The notes under the pieces: generated by a model
Databases searched by the model: none
The model's input: the letters and a program-made list of their open reading frames with translations, nothing else
Told to the model about the DNA's origin: nothing
Made by a program: the position numbers and the translations under genes
Part shown: in pieces, positions 40,998-50,963 of the stretch
Layout of the letters: every line of letters begins with the position of its first letter
Numbering within the stretch: position 1 is the first letter of the stretch
From: Gammaproteobacteria bacterium
GTDB lineage: Bacteria > Pseudomonadota > Gammaproteobacteria > QZLD01
Assembly: GCA_033852075.1 (NCBI GenBank)
Contig: JAWSVC010000010.1
Span: forward strand, 105,683-169,682
Direction of reading: 5' to 3'
DNA length: 64,000 bases

Positions 40998-43109
40998 ATG
41001 ATAAATCTAACTCTTGTAGCCTACATCGTATGTGCGGTAGCTTACCTGTTTCTTTTTGTTGTCTTGCTTATTGGGTGGCGGGGTAAAAAGGAGGGTGCGG
41101 TATTATTACTTGTCAGCGTACTTACTTTTGTATGGGCAATTTCAGGAATGTTAGTTACCGTTTCTCACGGTCATTTGGTAGCAATATCATTAATAATTGA
41201 AGGTTTAAGAAATGTTGCGATCATTGCTTTTTTGTTAACGTTATTGAAAAAGGTAACCTCTTTAGTTATTGAAGGCGAACATGTAAAGTCTTCACCCTAT
41301 TATTATTCAGTGTTGTCGGTATCAATTTTAATTCTGGCTTACAGTATAGGAATAGATCTGTTAACTAGTTTTACCCCTTGGATTGGTACAGTAACCCCAG
41401 GCATTTCCGGTCACTTGGCGACTTCAGTTTTAATCTTAGCGTTACTTGAACAACTCTATAGAAATACTGCAAATGAAAAGCGCTGGGGAATAAAATATAT
41501 AAGCTTGGCTTTTGCTGGAATATTTGTATATGAATTTTATCTCTATGCAGATTCTTTGCTTTTTAGTCGGATTGAGGCTGGAATTTGGGGCGCGCGCCCT
41601 TGGATTGTGGCTGTAGTATCACCATTAATAGCGGTTTCAGCTGCCAGGAATCCTAAATGGTCGCTCGATGTTTACGTTTCCAGGCAGGCTGTATTTCATA
41701 CTGCAACCCTTATTTGTGCAGGCATCTATTTATTATTAATGTCAATTGCCGGATTCTATATCAAAAAATATGGTGGCGATTGGGGGGCTGTAGCACAAGC
41801 GGTCTTTATTTTTGCGGCAATAATGGGGCTTTTATTAATTGTATTGTCCGGAAAAGCACGCTCATGGTTAAAGGTAACGGTTAATAAACATTTTTTTAAT
41901 TATAAATATGACTATCGTGAAGAGTGGATCAGATTTAATAAAACGCTAACCGCTCTTGATGATATTTTACCAATTCGAAATCGAGCGATTAAATCATTGG
42001 CACAGATAGTAGAGTCGCCAGCCGGACTGTTATTCAGCAAAAACCAGAATGGTGATTATCATCTTGCTGCAAATTGGAATACCCCTTTGCCAAAATCAGA
42101 CCTTATAGAAAGGGATGATCCATTAGCATTATTTATTGAAGAGAAGGAATGGATTATTGACCTGAATGAAAAAGCTAAGACTATAAGGAGCGAAGTTGGA
42201 GGGGGTAAAGGTGATATGAAGTATCAGCATTTGGTAATTGGAGATACCTTAAGTTGTGAAGAATACAGGTTTATAGTGCCGCTGTTAAATGAATCAGAGA
42301 TGTATGGTTTTGTTGTATTAAACGAACCTAGGTCTAAGCGTACCCTTAATTGGGAAGATGTTGATATATTAAAAACAGCTGGAAACCAGGTGGCTAGCTA
42401 TCTTGCTCAATTTGATGCTAATAACCAATTAACTATATCTAGGCAGTTTGAGGCTTATAATAGGCTTTCAACATTTGTAATTCATGATGTAAAGAACCTA
42501 GTAGGTCAGTTAACGCTGCTAAGTGCTAATAGCAAAAAGTTCAGACATAATGAAAAGTTTATTGACGATGCCTTCGAAACTGTAGAAAACGCTGTAGATA
42601 AGATGAATCATTTACTTGAACAGCTACGCAGCGGTATTGAGAAAAAGATTGTAGGAAGAGTCAATATTAGTGAACTGATGAAAACCATTATTCAGTTACG
42701 TAAGGCATCTGGTATTGAGATAGAAATTTATGATGATAGTAGTGCAAACTTTATTAGTGCAGATAAGCAGGAGCTTTCTGCTGTAATTGAGCATATTTTG
42801 CAAAATGCGATTGATGCTACAGTATCAAATAAGGAACAGGCTAAAGTGAAGATCTGTATCAACTCAGATGCAGAATTTTCTACTGTAAAAATTGAAGATA
42901 ATGGAGAGGGAATGAGCAGAGAGTTTATTCGTGATCGTCTTTTTTCTCCATTTGATACAACTAAAGGGGATTCTGGTATGGGGGTTGGTGTATATCAAGC
43001 AAGAGAATATATCACCAGGATTGGCGGTAGGATTGAAGTATGTAGTGAAGTAGGAATTGGTACAACTTTTGAGTTGTATCTGCCACTCGCAGTTTCAAGT
43101 GAAGAGTAA
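40998..43109 (+). CDS. prsK: PEP-CTERM-system sensor histidine kinase PrsK-like
   Basis: 703 aa with about 8 N-terminal TM helices, a central GAF-like region, an H-box region FVIHDVKNLVGQL, and an HATPase C-terminus. It is adjacent to a sigma-54 response regulator and a large TPR protein. Confidence 0.7.
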   Translation: MINLTLVAYIVCAVAYLFLFVVLLIGWRGKKEGAVLLLVSVLTFVWAISGMLVTVSHGHLVAISLIIEGLRNVAIIAFLLTLLKKVTSLVIEGEHVKSSPYYYSVLSVSILILAYSIGIDLLTSFTPWIGTVTPGISGHLATSVLILALLEQLYRNTANEKRWGIKYISLAFAGIFVYEFYLYADSLLFSRIEAGIWGARPWIVAVVSPLIAVSAARNPKWSLDVYVSRQAVFHTATLICAGIYLLLMSIAGFYIKKYGGDWGAVAQAVFIFAAIMGLLLIVLSGKARSWLKVTVNKHFFNYKYDYREEWIRFNKTLTALDDILPIRNRAIKSLAQIVESPAGLLFSKNQNGDYHLAANWNTPLPKSDLIERDDPLALFIEEKEWIIDLNEKAKTIRSEVGGGKGDMKYQHLVIGDTLSCEEYRFIVPLLNESEMYGFVVLNEPRSKRTLNWEDVDILKTAGNQVASYLAQFDANNQLTISRQFEAYNRLSTFVIHDVKNLVGQLTLLSANSKKFRHNEKFIDDAFETVENAVDKMNHLLEQLRSGIEKKIVGRVNISELMKTIIQLRKASGIEIEIYDDSSANFISADKQELSAVIEHILQNAIDATVSNKEQAKVKICINSDAEFSTVKIEDNGEGMSREFIRDRLFSPFDTTKGDSGMGVGVYQAREYITRIGGRIEVCSEVGIGTTFELYLPLAVSSEE

Positions 43110-43122
43110 TAGGCTAGGCATT

Positions 43123-44478
43123 ATGGAACAAGATAATAGAAAACTATTGATCGTAGAAGATGATAAGGGACTTCAAAAGCAGCTGAAGTGGAGCTTTGAG
43201 GAGTTTGAAGTAATTATTGCAGAAAATCGTCAGAGTGCTATCAAAGAATTACGCAGGCATGAGCCTGCTGTTGTTACCCTGGATTTGGGTTTGCCTCCGG
43301 ATAGTAATGGAGCAACGGAAGGGTTAGCAACTTTAACCGAGATTATTCAACTTGCACCACATACAAAAGTGATTGTTGTAACCGGAAATGATGATCGAGA
43401 GAATGCAGTTAAGGCTGTGAGTTTAGGGGCATATGATTTCTATCAAAAACCTGTAGATGCTGAAGTTCTTCAGTTGATAGTTAATCGTGCTTATGCATTG
43501 GCAGAATTAGAAGAAGAAAATCGAAAGCTCAAGAAAGGAGGACCTGATAGTCCTCTGGATGGAGTAGTTGCATCTAGCCCGGAAATGTTAAAGGTATGTA
43601 GAACTGTTGAAAAGATATCGTCTGTAGAAGTGACGTCTTTATTGCTTGGTGAAAGCGGTACCGGTAAAGAGGTTATAGCAAAAGCGATTCATCAGTTAAG
43701 TCCTCGCGCACATAATAATTTTGTAGCGATAAACTGTGCTGCTATTCCAGAAAATCTATTAGAGAGTGAACTATTCGGATATGAAAAAGGTGCTTTTACC
43801 GGAGCGGCCAAAAGAACTATTGGGAAAATAGAGCATGCCAATAAAGGAACATTGTTCTTGGATGAAATTGGTGATTTGCCAATGTCTTTGCAGGCTAAAC
43901 TGTTAAGATTTTTACAGGAGCGAGTGATAGAACGCTTGGGGGGCAGGGAGGAAATTCCTATTGATGTCAGAGTTATTTGTGCAACTAACCAAAATTTGGA
44001 AGAGTTGATAAAAAATAGTGGATTTAGAGAGGATCTTTACTATCGTGTAAGCGAGGTTGTGATAAATCTGCCTCCGCTTAGAGATAGAAAAGGTGATTCC
44101 TTAGTTATAGCTAAAAATTTCCTTAACAGGTTTGCTATGCAATATGGCCGTAAAATCAAAGGATTTAGTTCTGATGGCGTGGTTGCTATTGAAGGGTATA
44201 AGTGGCCAGGTAATGTTAGAGAGTTGGAAAATAAACTTAAACGTGCAGTTGTGATGGCTGATGGTGAATTTATTACCGCTGAGGATTTGGAATTGAGATC
44301 CGACGAAAATGTAGCACAGATGCCGTTTAATCTTAGACAAGTTAGAGATGAGGCAGAAAGGGGATGTATAGTAAATGCATTAGCCTATACTGAAGGGAAT
44401 ATATCTCATGCTGCGGAATTGTTGGGTGTAACCCGTCCAACCTTATATACCATGTTGAATAAGTATGGATTAGGGTGA
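43123..44478 (+). CDS. prsR: Sigma-54-dependent response regulator (PEP-CTERM-box regulator PrsR-like)
   Basis: Receiver domain (LLIVEDDKGL), AAA+ sigma-54 activator domain (GESGTGKE, GAFTGA, ESELFGYEKGAFTG), and a C-terminal HTH. Start at MEQDNRK (ATG 43123). Confidence 0.85.
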   Translation: MEQDNRKLLIVEDDKGLQKQLKWSFEEFEVIIAENRQSAIKELRRHEPAVVTLDLGLPPDSNGATEGLATLTEIIQLAPHTKVIVVTGNDDRENAVKAVSLGAYDFYQKPVDAEVLQLIVNRAYALAELEEENRKLKKGGPDSPLDGVVASSPEMLKVCRTVEKISSVEVTSLLLGESGTGKEVIAKAIHQLSPRAHNNFVAINCAAIPENLLESELFGYEKGAFTGAAKRTIGKIEHANKGTLFLDEIGDLPMSLQAKLLRFLQERVIERLGGREEIPIDVRVICATNQNLEELIKNSGFREDLYYRVSEVVINLPPLRDRKGDSLVIAKNFLNRFAMQYGRKIKGFSSDGVVAIEGYKWPGNVRELENKLKRAVVMADGEFITAEDLELRSDENVAQMPFNLRQVRDEAERGCIVNALAYTEGNISHAAELLGVTRPTLYTMLNKYGLG

Positions 44479-44739
44479 GGGTGTAATATTTAATAACACA
44501 TTTTCCCTTCTCAAATCAAAGTGCTTACAGGCTCAATTTGTAATTTGATTGTTGAGGCTGTTGGGCGGGATTCTTCGATTTTCGAAGGAGAAATCTGTTA
44601 TTATTCATGAGCCTGATATTGTTGATGATATTTTTTCGGGCGGCTGAGAGTGAAGGTTGGTATCCAGTTTTTAATAAGCGTATTAAAACAGAAAAAAGTA
44701 ATAGGAATATTAAATTCTAGAAAGGAACAGGGGTTAAAA

Positions 44740-47508
44740 ATGTTTAAAAAGATAGTCATGGTTCTTATCGCATCATTTTTGATGCAGATGGCAGTTACCG
44801 CAAATGCTGCATCAAAAGAGCAGTATTTGCAGAGTGCAAAGAAGTATTTTCGCGAAAATAAATTTCGTGAGGCCATAATTGAGCTTAAAAATGCTATTAA
44901 GGATGATCCTGAATACATAGATGCCAGAATATTTCTAGGTGATGTAAATGCGGCTACTGGTCAGCCACTTGCAGCAGAAAAAGAATATTTATACGCAAAA
45001 AAAGCAGGAGCAAAGGCATCGCTGTGGATGTTGCCGCTTGGAGATGTTTATATAGGAATGGGGCGTTACGATGAAGTATTATCTCAACTTAAACTTGGCA
45101 CCGATGCCACCCCTGAAGAATTATCGAAATTGTCAGTGCTTCGTGGAATGGCTTATGCTGGCTTGAAAAAGAAAGACAAGGCTGAAGAGGAGTTTGTTCG
45201 TGCTAGTCAGCTAGATGAAAAAAATGCCAGGGCATATCTTGGTCAGGCATCTCTTATGGTTAATCCGGATCAGTTGGATAAGGTGGAAGAGTTTATTTCC
45301 AAAGCTATAGAAGTGGAACCAAAGTTAGTCGATGCTCATCTGGCAATGACCACAGCAAAACTAAGAAGAAAGGATGTTGATGCAGCCATAGTTTCAATCG
45401 AAAAGGCTAGAGAATTATCTCCTTACAATATAAGAGTATTATTGGCAGCATCAGATATCTATCTTCTTAAAGGAAATTTAGATAAGGCTCAGGAAGACGT
45501 AGATACCGTTTTAAAGTCCCATCCATCGTTACCGATTGCAAATCATGTGAAGGCAATGGTTTCATATTCGCGGCAGGACTATGAAAGTGCAAAAAATCAT
45601 GCAGATAAAGTGTTAAGGGTTTCTAAGGACTATTTGCCTGCTATTCGTCTGCTTGGTGCAATTGCCCTTAATCGTGGAGAATATAACTCTGCTCAGGAAT
45701 TGTTACAAAAGGCTCATAGTCTTGCTCCAAAAGATATAAAGGTATTAAGAGCCTTGGCAGATACCCAATATCGGGCCAGTGAATATGCAAAAGCAAAAAT
45801 AAGCTTGAAGAATCTTCTAGAGCTTGATGAGAAAGATGCTGCTGCCATGTCTATGTTAGGTTCTGTTTATCTAAAACTTGGTGAAAAGGAAAAGGGTAAA
45901 CAATATATGGAGCAAGCAGTAAAACTTGATCCGAACGCTGCCAAGCTAAAAACCAATCTGGCTTTGGCCAATATTGCGATGGGGGATACAAAAGGCGCCA
46001 TTAATGCTCTTGAAGCAATAGGTGTAGGTGATGAATCTGCTAGATCTGATGCGTTACTGGCAATGGCATATGCAAAAGATAAGGAATATGACAAAGCTTT
46101 TGAAATTGCAAACAGGATGATAGATGGTGATGTTAGTTTATCTGGGGCTTACAATTTACGTGGTGAGATAAATCTAATGGCCAAAAATAACGAAGCAGCT
46201 CTTGCTGATTTCGCTAAGGCAATAGAAATTAATTCGGATAATAATAAGGCAATGCTAAACCTTGCGCGAACCAATGCAATATTGGGTAAATATGATTTGG
46301 CGCAACAGCAATTTCAGAAGTTACTGGAAAAAAAGAAAGATAATCTAGAGGCTATGCTAGGGCTAGTTGAGATAGCAAGACTAAATAAAAATCAACTTCA
46401 GGTTCAAAGTTGGTTAGAAAAAATCAATGAATTACATCCTACTCATATTCCATCTGCCGGTTTGTTGGTAAGTGTTTATCTGGGCCAAAAGGAATACCTA
46501 AAAGCGCTAGGGGTTTCTAGGAAGCTATATCAGTTATATCCTAAAAATGCTGATGTGATTGCTTTGTATGCAGAGCAGTTGATGCAAAATGGTGAAAATA
46601 AACAAGCTGCAAATTATTTTAAAGATGCATTGGATATAAAAACTGATGATCCGAAATTATATATTAGATTGGCTAGAGCCTATGCCGCAGATAAGGCAAA
46701 TAAAAAGGCCTTAGAAACAATTGATAAAGGTCTTAAGGAGTTGCCGGAAAACATTCCTCTACTTAAGGGTAAGGTGCGTGTATTAAAGCATGATAAGCAA
46801 GATGATAAGGCTTTAGTATTGTGTGAACAGTTAATGAAAAAGTTGCCACAAGATCCATTTGCTTATGATTTTGCAGGAGATATTTATGTTCAGCAAGAAA
46901 AGTATAAAAAAGCGGATGAACTATATCGCAAGACGATAGATCTTCAAGATAATCCGCAAACAAGGATTAAACTTCATAAGTTACTTACATTAAAAGGTAA
47001 AAATGACGAGGCTTTGGATCTTTTGCGAGAATGGTATAAGAAAGATAATGCATCGCAGCAGCTAAATGCCGTGTTTGCTCTTAATTTACAGCAGGTTGGA
47101 GTAAAAGATGAGGCAATTAAGGTTTATGAAGTAATGGTAAAAAATAATCCTAATGATCTTGTGGCACTGAATAATCTTGCCTGGATGTATATGGAAAAAG
47201 GTGATCTGGAGAATGCTCAGAAAACTGGTGAGCAAGCATATAAAATCAATCCGGAAATGGTTGCTGTGCTTGATACCTATGGCTGGATTTTAGTAAAAAG
47301 TGGCAAGATAGATGAAGGACAAAAATTACTGCAGCAAGCAGTTAGTAAGGCTCCACAAGATCGTGATGTCAGATATCATGTTGCTGCGACGTTAGCTAAG
47401 AAAGGGGATGTTAAGGGCGCTGTGATTGAACTGAAACAGGCTCTTTCTGGGGATGTGGATTTTCTGAGTAGGGAAGAGGCGCAGGAATTATTGCAGAAAC
47501 TGCAATAG
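44740..47508 (+). CDS. prsT: PEP-CTERM-system TPR-repeat protein PrsT-like (secreted or lipoprotein)
   Basis: 922 aa made almost entirely of TPR repeats, with an N-terminal signal peptide MFKKIVMVLIASFLMQMAVTANA. Position and size match PrsT. Start ATG 44740. Confidence 0.65.
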   Translation: MFKKIVMVLIASFLMQMAVTANAASKEQYLQSAKKYFRENKFREAIIELKNAIKDDPEYIDARIFLGDVNAATGQPLAAEKEYLYAKKAGAKASLWMLPLGDVYIGMGRYDEVLSQLKLGTDATPEELSKLSVLRGMAYAGLKKKDKAEEEFVRASQLDEKNARAYLGQASLMVNPDQLDKVEEFISKAIEVEPKLVDAHLAMTTAKLRRKDVDAAIVSIEKARELSPYNIRVLLAASDIYLLKGNLDKAQEDVDTVLKSHPSLPIANHVKAMVSYSRQDYESAKNHADKVLRVSKDYLPAIRLLGAIALNRGEYNSAQELLQKAHSLAPKDIKVLRALADTQYRASEYAKAKISLKNLLELDEKDAAAMSMLGSVYLKLGEKEKGKQYMEQAVKLDPNAAKLKTNLALANIAMGDTKGAINALEAIGVGDESARSDALLAMAYAKDKEYDKAFEIANRMIDGDVSLSGAYNLRGEINLMAKNNEAALADFAKAIEINSDNNKAMLNLARTNAILGKYDLAQQQFQKLLEKKKDNLEAMLGLVEIARLNKNQLQVQSWLEKINELHPTHIPSAGLLVSVYLGQKEYLKALGVSRKLYQLYPKNADVIALYAEQLMQNGENKQAANYFKDALDIKTDDPKLYIRLARAYAADKANKKALETIDKGLKELPENIPLLKGKVRVLKHDKQDDKALVLCEQLMKKLPQDPFAYDFAGDIYVQQEKYKKADELYRKTIDLQDNPQTRIKLHKLLTLKGKNDEALDLLREWYKKDNASQQLNAVFALNLQQVGVKDEAIKVYEVMVKNNPNDLVALNNLAWMYMEKGDLENAQKTGEQAYKINPEMVAVLDTYGWILVKSGKIDEGQKLLQQAVSKAPQDRDVRYHVAATLAKKGDVKGAVIELKQALSGDVDFLSREEAQELLQKLQ

Positions 47509-47576
47509 TTCTTTTTGCTATGTAGGGGCGCGGCGTGCCGTGCCCAAATAAGTTTCATCTTTCTGCTAATAGCGTT

Positions 47577-47736
47577 GTCATTCCCGCGAAGGCGTGCTGC
47601 TGTCTGGGGAAATTAATGCCGTTCGTGCTGAGCGCGAAGCAGTCGAAGTATGAAATGGTATTAATTCAGTTGTTTACTATCACCCTTCGACTGTTCGTAC
47701 CTCACGCTCAGGATGAACGGAGATTTTAAGCTTTTT
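47577..47736 (+). repeat. Composite palindromic intergenic element, copy 3, with a half REP unit (GTCATTCCCGCGAAGGCG) at its 5' end
   Basis: Aligns with 31241-31368, and in inverted orientation with 37224-37357. It lies between convergent prsT and the RND gene. Confidence 0.7.
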
Positions 47737-47769
47737 CTCATTCCCAAACTCCACCTGATAACGCATAAT

Positions 47770-50700
47770 TTAATTCTCCACAAACGAAGTTGGTGGATCA
47801 ATTTCAGCATAAACTGGTTTCGTTGTTGCCCTTCTGTGTCCCAGTTTATATCCAAGCATTAACAAAGCCGGTGTCAGGATCAGGGTAAGAACTGTTGCAA
47901 AGGTTAGCCCTCCTGCAACTGCGGTTGCCAACTGTTTCCACCACTGAGAAGATGGGGCATCTATGGTTAAGTGTCTACCGATAAGGTCAATGTTCAGTCC
48001 CAGCATCATTGGCATTAGTCCGAGAATGGTGGTTACAGTTGTAAGCATTACCGGTCTTAATCTTTGGGCCCCGGTACGAATAATTGCCTCAGCAGCTCCC
48101 ATGTTGGTTGTTTCTAAAAGTTGGTTGAAGGTATCAATCAAAACGATATTGTTATTAACCACAATCCCTGCCAGAGATATAACTCCAATTCCACTCATAA
48201 CAATACCAAATGGTGTGCCAGTAATCATGTGCCCAAGTAAAACCCCTGCGGTTGAGAAAACGACCGCACTTAAGATCAGTAGCGACTGGAAGAAGCTATT
48301 GAATTGGGTAACTAGAATAATGGCAATCATAAATATTGCTACCATGAATGCCTTTAATAGGAATATAGTTGCTTTTTGCTGTTCTTCGTTGTCTCCACGG
48401 AAGCGGATGTTGACTCCGTTAGGAAGAATCTGATTTTTTTGTATTAGGCTTCGTATCTCTTTTATCTTTTGGTCCGATGTTACCTTTTCACCATTTTGAT
48501 CGGTTTTGATTATATCTGCCTCAATAGTTAGAACCCTTCTACCATCAACACGCTCTATCTTGCTGATTCTGTTTTTTGGGATCAGCTTTACAAAATTGCT
48601 GGCCGGAATATTTCCGTTTTGGGTTGGAATGCGAATCTTCTTAAGCTGATCAATGCTGCGGTTAACCTCTGGAAAACGGATGCGGATATCAAGTTCGTCT
48701 ACAGAGTCATCTGGGCGGAAAGTCCCGATATTGATGCCATTGGTAACCATCTGTACCGCATTGCCAAGGCTTGTAATATCTGCTCCATATTTGCTGGCTT
48801 CAGCGCGGTCTACTTTTAGTTGCCATTCAATTCCTGGGATAGGGCGTGAGTCGCTTATATTGATCAGCCCTTCAATCTCGTTATGAAACATATTGGACAG
48901 GTCCTCAATTGCAGGAGGAAGTAAATCGTAATCTATTGAATTTATTTCAACCTGGATGGCCTTGCCTTGGCTGGGACCATGTTTTTCTTTTTGAGTTTCT
49001 ATAACGATTCCGTTCAGGTGAACGGTGTTATCACGAATTTCCTGAAAGATCTCTTCTGCTGGTCTGCGGATTTGCCAATCGGCAAATTCAAGTTGAATAA
49101 TGCCGATAACATCTTCAGTTATGCCAGGGCCGCCAAACTTAAGTCCGCTTCTGCTATATACCGTAGTAAATCCTTCGATTTTCAGTACCTGATCTTCAAC
49201 CTCGGCTACAAGCTTGTCTCTTTCATAAATCGAAAGGTCTCCGCGAGCATGAATTAATACCATTCCATTTTCCGGTTCAGCTTCCGGGAACAGTTCAACG
49301 CCATTTCCAAATTTACCATAGAGAACTATGGTGCAAACCAGGATTAATAATATGCTTAAAAGGGTTTTTGCCGGATGTTTTACCGCGGTGGAAAGTACTT
49401 TTATGTATATCTTGGTAAAGCCTGTCATGTGATTTAGATCGCCAGATTCTGCAATAGCAAGGTTTTCCATATTGCGGTCACTATCTGGTGCCCGTTTGCC
49501 AAAGATTGACCCTAGGCTTGGTACAAATATAAGGGCCATAAATAATGAAGCTGCTAGAGTAGTAATCAGGGTTATGGGTAGATATTTCATAAACTCTCCC
49601 ATTATCCCCGGCCAGACAATTAATGGGGCAAAGGCGGCAAGTGTGGTTGCGGTTGATGCGATTATAGGCCATGCCATCCTTTTGGATGCGATCATATATG
49701 CCTGTTTTTTACAAAGCCCTTCGGCCATTTTGCGATCTGCTATCTCTACCACAACAATTGCGCCATCTACCAACATTCCTACCGACATAATAAGGCTGAA
49801 AAGCACTACCATGTTGATAGTAAACCCCATGGCAGCTAGGATTAGAATTCCGGTAACAAAAGATCCTGGTATCGCCATTCCTACCAGCCCAGCCGATCTT
49901 AATCCAAGTGAGGCGATAATAACGATCATTACCAGAATAACTGCAAATATTACGTTGTTCTGTAGTTCGCGCAGCATGTCGTTGATGACTATAGATTGAT
50001 CTTGAGAGAAACCGATATTTATACCTTTAGGCCATAGGCTTTGTTCATTCTTTACCAGCTGCTTTACCTTGGATAAGGTATCAATAACATTGGCACCAAT
50101 CGATTTTGAAACCTCCAGCGCAATTGCTGGTTGGCCATTAACTCTGGCGAACTCTAATGGATCTTTATATATCCTTTGGCCGGTTGCAATGTCACTGAAT
50201 TTTATAACGGTATTGCCATCTACCTTTATGGGGACATCAAGAATATCCTCAATCTCTTCAAATACTCCGGGAACCTTTATTGAGAATCGACCTTCTCCTG
50301 TGTCTAATGCACCTGCAGCAACCAAACGATTGTTGCGTGATACAAACTGGAATATTTCACTTTGAGAAAGGTGATAACTCTCCATTTTTTGTGGGTCGAT
50401 AACAATTTCGATCATCTCATCTTTATCGCCGGCAATGCTGGCTCCGTATACCCCTGATATTGATTCAATCTTGTCTTTAAGGTCATTGGCAATAGTTATT
50501 AAAGTGCGATCAGATACATCTCCTGATAAGGTGATAACTAAAACGGGAAACAGGGCAACATTTACCTCGCTTACCACTGGGTCATCAGATTCTCCAGGCA
50601 GGTCTGATTTGGCGGTATCAACCTTATCACGAACATCGCGCAGGGCTTTTTCACTGTCAAATCCAGCTTGGAATTTAATGGTGATATTTGCATTACTTTC

Positions 50701-50958
50701 TGATGCCGTAGAGGTGATTTCATCCAGGCCTTCAACGCTGCGTAATTCGGTTTCCATAGGGCGAATTAGCAGCCTTTCTGAATCTGTAGCAGATATTCCT
50801 TCGTGGTGAATAGAGACGTTGATTATCGGAATGGCAACATCAGGAAATGATTCCTTAGGTATGGAGATGTAAGAAACCGTTCCTGAAATCAGAATAAGAA
50901 GCAAGATCAGCAGTACTGATCTGGTGTGTCTAAGGGTTGACTGAATAGCTGTGCGCAT
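47770..50958 (-). CDS. RND-family efflux transporter permease (AcrB/CzcA superfamily)
   Basis: 1062 aa with 12 TM segments and two large periplasmic loops. Confidence 0.9.
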   Translation of the reverse strand: MRTAIQSTLRHTRSVLLILLLILISGTVSYISIPKESFPDVAIPIINVSIHHEGISATDSERLLIRPMETELRSVEGLDEITSTASESNANITIKFQAGFDSEKALRDVRDKVDTAKSDLPGESDDPVVSEVNVALFPVLVITLSGDVSDRTLITIANDLKDKIESISGVYGASIAGDKDEMIEIVIDPQKMESYHLSQSEIFQFVSRNNRLVAAGALDTGEGRFSIKVPGVFEEIEDILDVPIKVDGNTVIKFSDIATGQRIYKDPLEFARVNGQPAIALEVSKSIGANVIDTLSKVKQLVKNEQSLWPKGINIGFSQDQSIVINDMLRELQNNVIFAVILVMIVIIASLGLRSAGLVGMAIPGSFVTGILILAAMGFTINMVVLFSLIMSVGMLVDGAIVVVEIADRKMAEGLCKKQAYMIASKRMAWPIIASTATTLAAFAPLIVWPGIMGEFMKYLPITLITTLAASLFMALIFVPSLGSIFGKRAPDSDRNMENLAIAESGDLNHMTGFTKIYIKVLSTAVKHPAKTLLSILLILVCTIVLYGKFGNGVELFPEAEPENGMVLIHARGDLSIYERDKLVAEVEDQVLKIEGFTTVYSRSGLKFGGPGITEDVIGIIQLEFADWQIRRPAEEIFQEIRDNTVHLNGIVIETQKEKHGPSQGKAIQVEINSIDYDLLPPAIEDLSNMFHNEIEGLINISDSRPIPGIEWQLKVDRAEASKYGADITSLGNAVQMVTNGINIGTFRPDDSVDELDIRIRFPEVNRSIDQLKKIRIPTQNGNIPASNFVKLIPKNRISKIERVDGRRVLTIEADIIKTDQNGEKVTSDQKIKEIRSLIQKNQILPNGVNIRFRGDNEEQQKATIFLLKAFMVAIFMIAIILVTQFNSFFQSLLILSAVVFSTAGVLLGHMITGTPFGIVMSGIGVISLAGIVVNNNIVLIDTFNQLLETTNMGAAEAIIRTGAQRLRPVMLTTVTTILGLMPMMLGLNIDLIGRHLTIDAPSSQWWKQLATAVAGGLTFATVLTLILTPALLMLGYKLGHRRATTKPVYAEIDPPTSFVEN

Positions 50959-50963
50959 CAGAA

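Noticed and set aside
44650-44739. 5' extension of the prsT ORF
   Set aside because: It has no ribosome-binding site. The signal-peptide Met at 44740 follows an AGGAACAGGGG-type ribosome-binding site region and gives a canonical signal peptide.
47963-50809. Multiple plus-strand ORFs (47963-48433, 48653-48886, 49472-49999, 50069-50365, 50435-50809)
   Set aside because: All are antisense to the 1062-aa RND permease gene, which has clear 12-TM architecture.
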